Below are positions 37,388 to 48,126 of a DNA stretch of 64,000 nt, piece after piece; the stretch's first letter is position 1; each line of letters opens with the position of its first letter. Source of the stretch: Mobula hypostoma (Eukaryota). The stretch is from the NCBI RefSeq assembly GCF_963921235.1, contig NC_086101.1:5644001-5708000 (forward strand). The letters run 5' to 3'. The notes beneath the pieces are model-generated. The model saw nothing but the letters and a program-made list of their open reading frames with translations. It was not told the origin of the DNA and ran no database searches. Made by a program: the position numbers and the translations under genes.

Positions 37388-38147
37388 ACACACATCAAAG
37401 TTGCTGCAGCCCAGGCAGCATCTCTAGGAAGAGGTACAGTCGACGTATATATAAATAAATAACAGATGGGGTACGAGGGGGAGGTGGGGCATTAGCGGAA
37501 GTTTGAGAAGTCAATGTTCATGCCATTTTGTTGGAGACTACCCAGATGGAATATGAGGTGTTGTTCCTCCAACCTGAGTGTGGCTTCATCTTTACAGTAG
37601 AGGAGGCCGTGGATAGACATATCAGAATGGGAACGGGATGTGGAATCATATTCTGTCTGGGCAGCCTCCAACCTGATGGCATGAACATTGACTTCTCAAA
37701 CTTCTGCTAATGCCCCACCTCCCCCTCGTACCCCATCAGTTATTTATTTATATACACACATTCTTTTTCTCTCTCTCCTTTTTCTCCCTCTGTCCCTCTG
37801 ACTATACCCCTTGCTGATCCTCTGGGTTTTTCCCCCCCTCCCCCTTTTCTTTCTCCCAATGCCTCCTGTCCCATGATCCTCTCACATCCCTTTTGCCAAT
37901 CACCTGTCCAGCTCTTGTCTCAATCCCTCCCCCTCCTGTCTTCTCCTATGATTTTGGATCTCCCCCTTCCCCTCTCACTTTCAAATCTCTTACTAGCTCT
38001 TCCTTCAGTTCGTCCTGACGAAGGATCTCGGCCCGAAACGTCGACTGTACCTCTTCCTAGAGATGCTGCCTGGCCTGCTGCGTTCACCAGCAACTTTGAT
38101 GTGTGTTGCTTGAATTTCCAGCACCTGCAGATTTCCTCGTGTTTGCA
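37388..38147 (+). mobile_element. Inverted PLE insertion
   Basis: Minus arm 37388-~37645, plus arm ~37645-38147; perfect 15-bp TSD TTAATATCATTGGCA (37373-37387, 38148-38162). Confidence 0.9.
38012..38047 (+). ncRNA. Minimal type-I hammerhead ribozyme motif
   Basis: gtc-CTGACGA(38015-38021)-aggatctcggccc-GAAACGTC(38035-38042)-gactg. Confidence 0.75.
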
Positions 38148-38829
38148 TTAATATCATTGGCATGTGTCTTTGCTCAGTACGTGCTAAATAATGAAAAAAC
38201 TGAATAACATATATGAAATAGTTATATTTAATAAGTAGTGCAAAAATAGAAATAGAAAAGTACTGAGGCAGTGTTTGTGGGTTCAAGGTCCATTCAGAAT
38301 TCGGATGGCAGAGGGGAAGAAGCTGTTCCTGAAATGCTGAATGTGTGCCTTCAGGCTCCTGTACCTCCTTCCTGATGGTGGCAACGAGAAGCTGCCATGT
38401 TCTGCATGAAGGAATTCATCTTTTTGAGGCATTGCTGCTTGAAGATGTCCTGGATACTTTGGAGGCTAGTGCCCATGATGGAGGTGACTAAGTTTACAAC
38501 TCTGCAGCTTATTTCAATCCCGTACAGTAGTCACCCCCACCCCCCATACCAGACGGTGATGCAGCCAGTTAGAATGCTCTTCACGGTTCATCTGCAGTAC
38601 GTTGCGAGTGTCTTTGCTGACATACCAAGTCTCCTCAGTCTCCGAAAGAAATATAGCCGCTGTCCCTCTGCAGCATGTGTGCAGGCACTGGGGAAATCCA
38701 AGCCCCCCGTGGCAGAGCTTAGAACGTGGTGGGGGTGGGTGCTCCCAACAGGTAATGGACAATCCCAGGCTGGTGTTCTGGCATCGACACAGGAATGGTC
38801 ACCAGCTACTGTTTGTCCGGTGGATTCCC

Positions 38830-39060
38830 TCTCCGATGTACAGTTCCAATCTCTTCTCGGATTTGCTCAGTCTTGCCAAACCTGCTGCTCTTCGCAATGT
38901 CGAGTTCAGGCTTTGACTCCATCATAGATTTAGTCACTCCACCACTGGTGGTTTTGGTTTCAAGTGCCATGGTGATGAGCTCTGAAATTTCTTCCCTAAA
39001 CCTTTCTTCACTCCCTCTTCCAAAGAGATGTATTTGATAATATGCATCTTTAACCAACCC
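38830..39060 (+). mobile_element. Probable ancient L2 LINE 3' remnant
   Basis: ccactggtgg...ttcaag...agctctgaaatttcttccctaaacct resembles the L2 ORF2 C-terminus (G.RAFS...LWNSLP). Confidence 0.5.
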
Positions 39061-39082
39061 CTTGGCCCGTTGCTTTAAATCT

Positions 39083-39628
39083 TGTTATGTAATGATGCAG
39101 CTCTATAAAACTCTGGTTAGGCCACACTTGGAGTACTGTGTCCAGCTCTGGTCACCTCACTATAGGAAGGATGTGGAAGCATTGGAAAGAGTACAGATGA
39201 GATTTACCAGGATGCTGCCTGGTTTAGAAAGTATGCATTATGATCAGAGATTAAGGGAGCTAGGGCTTTACTCTTTGGAGAGAAGGAGGATGAGAGGAGA
39301 CATGATAGAGCTGAACAAGATAATAAGAGGAATAGATAGAGTGGATAGCCAGCGCCTCTTCCCCAGGGCACCACTGCTCAATACAAGAGGACATGGCTTT
39401 AAGGTAAGGGGTGGGAAGTTCAAGGGGGATATTAGAGGAAGGTTTTTTACTCAGAGAGTGGTTGGTGCGTGGAATGCACTGCCTGAGTCAGTGGTGGAGG
39501 CAGATACATTCATGAAGTTTAAGAGACTACTAGACAGGTATATGGAGGAATTTAAGCTGGGGGCTTATATGGGAGGCAGGGTTTGAGGGTCGGCACAACA
39601 TATGTGCTATGTTCTATGTTCTATGTTC
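39083..39628 (+). mobile_element. Young CR1 3' fragment
   Basis: ORF 39062-39586 LVRPHLEYCVQLWSP...FFTQRVVGAWNALP; (TTCTATG)n tail. Confidence 0.9.
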
Positions 39629-40228
39629 AACTTGGGTTGACTACACTTTTAAAGTTCAAAATAAATTTATTATCAAAGTACATATCTGTCACCTGGTACC
39701 ACCTTGAGATTTATTTTCTTGTAATTCGAGAAATTTAAGAACAATATAGAATCAATTAGCACAGTAGTATAGCGGTTAGCACAATGCTTTACAGTATCAA
39801 CAACAGGGGTTCAATTCCTGCCACTGCCAGTAAGGAGTTTGATGTTCTCCCCCGTGACCATCTGGGTTCCCTCAGGGCTCTCTAGCTTCCTTCCACAGTC
39901 CAGAGGTTGTACGGGTGGCTGGCTAATTGGTCGTCGTACATGCTTTAGTGATAAGGCTGTGGTTAAATTGGGGGTTGCTGGGTGGCACAGTTCAAGGCCT
40001 GTTTCATGCTGGATCTCAGTAAACGAAAAAACATACCCAACAGGACGGACAAACAACTGAGGTGCAAAATAGAACAAACTGTGCCAATAAAATAATAATA
40101 ATAGTAATAAATAGGGAATAAATATCCAGAACATGAGATGAAGAGTCCTTGAAAGTAAATCTATGGTTTGTGGAAACAGTTCGGTGATGTGGTGTGTGAA
40201 GTTATCCCCACTGGTTCAAGAGCCTGGA

Positions 40229-40550
40229 AAACTGTTCCTGACCCTGGTGGTGTGGGTCCTGGGGCTCCTGTACCTCCTGCCTGATGGTGGCAGCAGTGAG
40301 ACAAGAGCTTGACATGGGTGATGGTTCCTGCTGGTTGAGGGGTAATAACTGTTCCTGACCCTGGTGGTGTGGGTCCTGGGGCTCCTGTAACTCCTGCGTG
40401 ATGGTGGCAGCAGTGAGACGAGAGCGTGACCTGGGTGGTGGTTCCTGATGGTTGAGTGGTAAAACTGTTCCTGACCCTGGTGGTGTGGGTCCTGGGGCTC
40501 CTGTAACTCCTGCGTGATGGTGGCAACAGTGAGATGAGAGTGTGTCCTGG
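40229..40550. repeat. Tandem triplication (~116-117 bp) within a Rex 3' relic
   Basis: actgttcctgaccctggtggtgtgggtcctggggctcctg starts at 40231, 40348 and 40464. Confidence 0.9.
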
Positions 40551-40904
40551 GCGGTGGGGATCTCTGATGATGGATGCTGCTTTCCTGTCACAGCGCTCCG
40601 CGTAGCTGTGCTCAGTGGTGGGGAGTGTTTCACCTGCGGTGGACTGGGCTGGATCCAATTGCTTTTGTAGGATTTTCCATTCAAGGGTATTGATGTTTCC
40701 ATACCAGGCTGAGAGGCAGCCCGTTGCTGTCTGTAAGGAGTTTGCTCATTCACCCTCAGTCTGTGTAGCTTCCTTCCCAGGTTCCCTGCTCTCACATTCC
40801 GATGATGCACTTTCAGGGTGAGTGAGTTGTGTGCATTAATATGTTGGTGCCGGAAATGTGGCAACACTTGCAGACTTGCCAGCACGTTTGATTTCACGTG
40901 AAGA

Positions 40905-41195
40905 ATGCATGCCTGGCCTCTCGCCCCTTCTCCTCACCAGCCTATCACCTCCCCCGGTGCCCTTCCTTTTTGTGTTTCTCCCATTGCCCACTCTCCTCTC
41001 CTTCTTCTCCACTCCTTTCCCTTTCCCATCCACCTGCTTCCAGCCCATCCTCTTTCCCCTTCCCCACCATCTTATTCTGGCATCTTCCTCCTTTCCTTTC
41101 CAGTCCTGATGAAGGGTCTCGGTCCAAAATGTCGACTGTTGACTCATTTCCAGAGATGCTGCCTGACCTGCTGAGCTCCTCCACCATTTTGTTTG
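40905..41195 (+). mobile_element. PLE 3' UTR with decayed hammerhead (41101-41138)
   Basis: cagtcCTGATGAagggtctcggtccAAAATGTCgactg; another short copy at ~42700-42866. Confidence 0.8.
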
Positions 41196-42881
41196 TGGGT
41201 CGATGCACCTCACTGTCTTTCGAAGTACTTGTGGCAAATAAAGTTAATCTCTTTCATCTAAGCACAGGTGTCATTCTGAATGTACTGTGTTGGGAGGTGA
41301 GAGACTTTTAACCAGATACGCTAGAGTGTGAACTTGGGTTTGAACACCATCATCCCCCCAGTACTAGTCAACCTCCTTCACGATCTAGGCCTCTGCATCT
41401 CTCTCTGCAACTAACTCTTAAGAGTCAGCTTGGATCATAAATGACATCTCCTCCTCGCTGAAAATCAACACAGCCGCACCTCAGTGATGCATGCTTAGCC
41501 CACTGCTCTATTCTCCCTACACCCATCACCGTGTGGCGGGGCACCTATGCACTTGCTAATGACAGAGCTGTGTTGGCAGAATGGCAGACGGTGAGAAGGC
41601 GGCGTACAGGAGATAGATCAGCTGGTTGAGTGGTGTTGCAACAGCATCCTGGCACTCGTTATCAGCAGGACCAAGGATCTGATTATGGGCTTAAGGAGCA
41701 GCAAGGTGGGAAAACGCACTCCGGTCCTCACCGAGAGATCCGCAGTGGGAGGGCTGACCAACGTCAAATTCCTGGTCATCCACTATTAAGGACCCCCATC
41801 ACCCAGGACATGCCCTCTGCTCATGCTACCGTCAGGAAAGAGGTACAGGAGCCTGAAGACAGACACTCAATGATTCAGGGACAGCTTCTTCCCCTCTGCA
41901 ATCCGATTTCTGTATGTACGTTGAACACCACCTCAGTACTTTTTTTGCACGACTTATTTAATTTAACTATTTTAGATATATACTTACTGTAATTCACAGT
42001 TTTTATTAATATGTATTGTAATGTACTGTGGCCACAAGAACAACACATTTCATGACACACGCCGGTGATACTAAACCTGATTATAATTCTGATCGAGATC
42101 TCAGAGGATCTATCTTGGGTGCAACATATTGATGCAGTAGTGAAGAAGGCACGCCAGCAGCTCGATGTCATTAGGAGTGTGAGCGGAACTGCTGTCACCA
42201 AAGATGCTTGCAAATCTGCACAGGTTTGCCTTGGGGAGCATTCTGAATCACCGTCTGGAATGGAGCAGCCCCTGCACAGGACAGGATAAAGACCAGAAGA
42301 CCATTGGACATAGGAGCAGAATTAGGCCATTTGGCCCATCGAGTCTGCAGAGGTTCAGCCAGCAGCATCCCCTCCATCGAGGACACCCTCAAGCACCAGT
42401 GCCTCAAGAAGGCGGCCTCCATCATGTAGGATTCAGAACATGCCCTCTTCTTGTTACTACTATCAGGGTGGAGGTACAGGAGCCTGACGATGCACACTGA
42501 GCATTTTAGGGACACCTTCTTCCACTCTCCGGTCAGATTTCTGAATGGCTCATGAACCCTTGAGCATGACCTGAGTATTTCTCTTTTGAACTGTCTATTT
42601 TTGGCAACAGCAATTTTATGTACTGCATTGTGCTTCCACATCTCATGGCAATTTCGGTCAATGATAATAAAACAGATTTTAAGCTTATACTTGAACCAAC
42701 TTTTACTCCCCCCGCCACCTTCCCTTCCAATCTTGATGAAGGGTCTCAGCCCAAGCTGTTGACTGTTCATTCCTCTCTGTATACGCTGCCTGACCTGCTG
42801 AGTTCCTCCAGCATTCTGCACGTGTCCCTCTGGATTTCTAGCATCTGCAGAATCTCTTGTGTTCATGATTCTGATTCTAGT

Positions 42882-43533
42882 TTAGATTATGAGAACACTC
42901 AGTCCTCTTTTATTGTCATTTAGAAATGCATACTAAGAAATGATATCATAGAAAACAGGACAAACCAAAGACTAACACTGACAGAACCACATAATTATAA
43001 CATATAGTTACAGCAGTGCAAAGCAATACCATAATTTGATGAAGAACAAACCATGGGCACGGTAAAAAAAATAGTCTCAAAGTCCCCAAGTCGATCGACT
43101 CCCAAGTCCCCGATAGCGGTGGCAAAAGGGAGAAACTCCCTGCCATAAACCTCCAGGCACCGTCAACTTGCCGATACCTTGGAAGCAGCTGACCACAGCC
43201 GACCCTGAGTCCATCCGTCCGAAAACTCCAAGCTTCCAAGCAGCCTCTCCGATACAGCCTCCCGAGCGCCATCCTCTGCCGAGCACCTTCTACCTCTCCC
43301 CGGCCGCTGAAACATGCAAAGCCGAGGATTTCGAGGTCTTCAGCTCCAGAGATTCCGGTTACCACACAGTAGCAGCGGTAGCAAAGCAGACATTTCAGAA
43401 GTTTTCCAGATGTTCCGCTATGCACTCACGTCTGTCTCCATCAAATCAGGATTGTGCATGGTCCCCTACTTGACAGATAACAGATATTCATCACCGGAGA
43501 GGCCGTGAGCGCTGTCGTGGCGCTGCCATCTTC
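42882..43533 (-). mobile_element. Non-autonomous ~650-bp retroposon
   Basis: 5' end AAGATGGC (43525-43532), 3' AATAAA and short tail; paralog at 55826-56490. Confidence 0.65.
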
Positions 43534-43685
43534 TCCCAACTAGTTTGACAATTTGTCCAAATCTGACGTGACGAGGTGGCGCAGTGAATAATGCTGTTAC
43601 CCCAGAGGTCCCATGCCCTTACTTGGAACCAGCTCTCGGGTCCTGTGTACAGAGTTTGTCTGCTCTTTCCTGTGACCAGTGGGTT

Positions 43686-44843
43686 TATAGTCATAGTCAT
43701 AGTCATACTTTATTGATCCCGATGGAAATTGGTTTTCATTACAGTTGCACCATAAATAATAAATAGTAATAAAATCATAAATAGTTAAATAGTAATATGT
43801 AAATTATGAAATAAGTCCAGGACCAGCCTATTGGCTCAGGGTGTCTGACCCTCCAAGGGAGGAGTTGTAAAGTTTGATTTTCAAGTTAGCCCATTGCTTT
43901 GCCTTGCTTTTAGTTAGTTGCACGGTGGGTTTTTTTTTGGGGGTTTTTTTTTTCTTTTTTTCCATTGATATATATAAAATTTAGTAAACTATTATGTTAT
44001 CTTGGTTTCTTATGCTTAAATTACATTGTAGTATTTTCTTTTTGGTATTGTTATCTTTTGGAATTTTATTATACTTTAACATTGTATTAATGTTTATATG
44101 GCTTACCTTTTTTGTATACTTACTCAATAAAAAGATTTAAAAAGAAAGAAAGTAAAGTTTGATGGCCACAGGCAGGAATGACTTCCTGTGACGCTCTGTG
44201 CTGCATCTCCGTGGAATGAGTCTCTGGCTGAATGTACTCCTGTGCCCACCCAGTACATTATGTAGTGGATGGGAGACATTGTCCAAGATGGCATGCAACT
44301 TGGACAGCATCCTCTTTTCAGACACCACCGTGAGAGAGTCCAGTTCCATCCCCACAACATCACTGGACTTATGAATGAGTTTGCTGATTCTGTTGGTGTC
44401 TGCTACCCTCAGCCTGCTGCCCCAGCACACAACAGCAAACATGATAGCACTGGCCACCACAGACTCATAGAACATCCTCAGCATTGTCCGGCAGATGTTA
44501 AAGGACCTCAGTCTCCTCAGGAAATAGAGGTGGCTCTGACCCTTCTTGCAGACAGCCTCAGTGTTCTTTGACCAGTCCAGTTTATTGTCAATTTGTATCC
44601 CCAGGTATTTGTAATCCTCCACCATGTTCACACTGACCCCCTGGATGGAAACAGGGGTCACTGGTACCTTAGCTCTCCTCAGGTCTACCACCAGCTCCTT
44701 GGTCTTTTTCACATTAAGCTGCAGATAATTCTGCTCACACCATGTGACAAGGTTTCTTACCGTAGACCTGTACTCAGCGTCATCTCCCTTGCTGATGCAT
44801 CCAACTATGGCAGAGTCATCCGAAAACTTCTGAAGATGATGAA
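43686..44843 (-). mobile_element. Rex1/Babar 3' fragment (same family as 18968-21247) inserted in a V-SINE
   Basis: KKTKELVVD...YKYLG...LYFLRRLRSF; (TATGAC)n tail; near-identical to 18968-19840. Confidence 0.9.
43879..44151 (+). mobile_element. 5'-truncated poly(A)-type (L1/Tx1-like) 3' UTR
   Basis: T-rich body, AATAAA at 44126-44131, A-rich (AAAG)n tail; 12-bp TSD GTAAAGTTTGAT at 43867-43878 and 44152-44163. Confidence 0.75.
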
Positions 44844-46969
44844 GTCTCCTTGCTCTTCCTAAAGGTGTGCAGGTGTATAGTTTAGTTGGTCACTGTAATG
44901 TGTCCCTAGAGAGTAGATGCATAGTAGTGTTTGAATGCAGGGGAATGTAGGAGAAATTATAGGATTAGAGTAAGTAGATGCCTGGTTGCCAGCACAATGC
45001 TGGTGGGACATTGGCAGAGTCTCTAGGCTTTTTCTGAGCTCCTCTGGCAGTTTGTGTGTCTTCCTCTCAACTTCCAGCATCTGCAGAATCCCTTGTGTTA
45101 GTGTTTCTTGATCGATACCCAGAGGCAGGAAGGGGCCTGAAGGACAAAGACTGGATTTAGTGAGACCAGAGGCTGAGGCCTGAAGGCCAAAACTGCTGGG
45201 TTGTCCTGTCCTGCGATCTGAAGCTCGCTGTTTGCCAGTCCGGGTCAAGGAGTCCAGGTTGGAGGCCTGATGTCTGCGATTCTGAGAGTCTGGGGCTGAG
45301 GATTGGAGGCCTGGAGGTATGCTGTGCTGGGGTTGGAGGAGTGCGAGTGTGTGTGAGTTTGTGTGTGTGTATGTGTGTGCATGCGTGCATGTGGTGGGAG
45401 GAGAAGGGAAGGGCCAGGTGGGGAGTGTCTATCAATGTTGCCCCGTGCACGAAGTCGGCCAGTGAAACTCCCAGTGCGACAGGCCTCACAAGCCTGCCAC
45501 CAGCCCACAGGACCATGTTGGGAAAGCTGCACACACTTCGGCTAGGTGAGGCCCGCCCTGCCGCCCCATAAAGGTTGCCCTTGTGCCTGCCTGAGAGAGC
45601 TATTATGGGGACTGCTGGAAGTGTACCAACTACAGCATTCTCCCCGCCAGGACGCTGGGTGACAAGGGAGATGGGGAGAGAAAGAGGGAGTGACAACACA
45701 GGGAAAGAAAAATATGATATATTATTACCTCGGCATTTTGAAGACAACATGGTTCTTTCTTAGGCGCACCGAGGGCCAGAATGGGCCCAGTGTCAGAGAA
45801 GCTAGCCCCAACCTGGAAATAATCAGGGCTCTATCAGATCTTAAAAGGCCATATCCTGCATTCTTGGCTTCCGTGATGTTTATTTTCGTGTAGGCTTTAA
45901 ATGATATAACGTAAACACAGTATGCTAATGAAAGGGAGATTGGGCCAAACTGTCGCTGCTATCCAACAGGTCCAACAAGGCTGGCTTTGTACTCATCAGC
46001 AGTGGCACAGGCAGTGCCCAGAGTGAAAGAGCCTTCGAACTTCCCCTCCGTGTGCAGGCTCAGGACAACACCGGCAATCGACTCAGCACAGCCTGCGTCT
46101 GGAAATGGTTCATCACTGTTTGGTTTGGAAGGACCACAGCACAGGATCAGAAGAAGCTGCAGAAACTTGTAAACTCAGCCAGCTCCATGGTGGGCAGCAG
46201 CCTCAAAGACATCTTCAGAAAGGGATGCCTCATAAAGGCAGCGTCCGTCACTAAGGGCCCCCATCATCCAGGGCGTGCTCTGTTCTCATTGCTACCATCC
46301 GGGAGGAGGTACAGGAGCCGAAAGACACACACTCAACTTTTTAGGAACAGATTCCTCCCCGCTGCTGTCAGATTTCTGAACGGACATTACCTCACTGTTT
46401 TTTCTTTTATTGCTCTCTGTTTGTACTATTTAGTTAGTTTAATTTTTATATAGATATATCTGTTTCTTATTGTAATTTTGCTTTTGTTTTTGCTGCAGAA
46501 CAACATTTCCCGACACATGCTGATGATATTCAACTTGATTCTAACTCTGAGTGCGGGGATATAGAAAGTGCATCAGTGTTTGACTGCAGCCGAAATCTCT
46601 GCACATTCTCTGTTCTATTTTGTGTTAGTATCACATTCCTGCATCACTTGCCAGATAAAAATTGCTCGACAACTGAAGTCCATTGCCGTGCTATCAATAA
46701 GATTGAAAGAGTTCAGAGAAATTGATAACAATGAATTTGCATTACTTTATGCAATTCTGGCTACCCGTCTACTGAAAAGACATCAATAATATCGAAAAAG
46801 CACACAGCACAGGACAACAGAAGAACGGGCGCAAAATGTCAGGTGGGATTTAATGCAGACCCCTGCACTCTAGTGTTACACTTCGGGGGTACAAACCAGG
46901 GTAGGACTTGCACGGTGAACGATAGGGCACTGGCGATTGTGCGAGAAAAGACAGATTCAAAATACAACA

Positions 46970-47885
46970 AAATAAGCACAACTTCCCTTCCCTCACCCCC
47001 ACTTTCTGCTTTCTGCAGGAACTGGTCCCGACACTTGTCCATTCGTCCCTCCTGACTGATCTCTCTCCTAGCACTTATCCTTGTAAGCGAAACAAGTGCT
47101 ACACCTGCCCCTACACCTCCTCCCTCACTACCATTCAGGCCCCAAACAGTCCTTCCAGGTGAGGCAAAAGTTCACCTGTGAGTCTGGTAGGGTTATATAC
47201 TGTGTCTCGTGTTGCCGGTGTGGCCTCCTGTATATTGGTGAGACCCGGTGTAGACTGGGAGACCACTTCACTGAGCACCGACCAGAAACTCCGGGATCTC
47301 CCAGTGGCCACCCATTTTAATTCCTCTTCCCATTCCGACATGTCCATCCATGGCCTCCTCTACACTGTGATGAAGCCACACTCAGGTTGGAGGAGCAACA
47401 CCTTATATTCCATCTGGGTAGCCTCCAACCTAATGGCATGAACATCGATTTCTCTAAGTTCCAGTAATGACCCCAACCCCCCTTCACCATTCCCCATCCC
47501 CTTTTCCCTCTCTCACCTTATCTCCTTGCCTGTCCATTGCCTCCCTCTGGTGCTCCTTCACCCTTTTCTTTATCCCGTGGCCTTTTGTCCTCTCCTATTG
47601 GATTCCCCTTCTGCAGCCATGTATCACTTTCACCAATCAACTTCCCAGCTCTTTACTTTACCCCTCTCCCTCTCCCGGTTTCACCTATCACCATGTGTTT
47701 CGCCTTCTCCTCCCCCCGTGTTCTTACTCTGACTCTTCATCTTTTTCCTTCCAGTCCTGCTGAAGGGTCTCAGCCCGAAACATCAACCTTACTCTTTTCC
47801 GTAGATGCTGCCTGGCCTGCTGAGTACCGCTAGCATTTTGTGTTTGTTGCTTGTATTTCCAGCATCTGCAGATTTTCTCTTGTTT
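46970..47885 (+). mobile_element. PLE fragment (Cys linker, GIY-YIG, UTR, decayed hammerhead 47752-47787)
   Basis: GPKQSFQVRQKFTCESGRVIYCVSCCRCGLLYIGET. Confidence 0.85.
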
Positions 47886-48126
47886 GAAACTGTGCAAATG
47901 CAAAAAGAAAGAAATAATAATAATAATAATAATAAATAAGCAAAAAATATCAAGATGAAGAGAGGCCTAATTTGGAGTACTGTGTGCCATTCCGGTTTCC
48001 TACCGACAGGAAAGGTATCAATAAAATTGAAAGATGAAGGGACTATTACAAAGGTGTTGCAGGGACTCGAAGACCTGAGTTGTAGGGAAAGTTTCAACTT
48101 ATTCCCTGGAGTGTAGGAGAATGAGG

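Noticed and set aside
38806..39057. 83-aa minus-strand ORF resembling a globular protein
   Set aside because: More simply explained as the antisense of a decayed L2-like 3' fragment; no supporting splice context.
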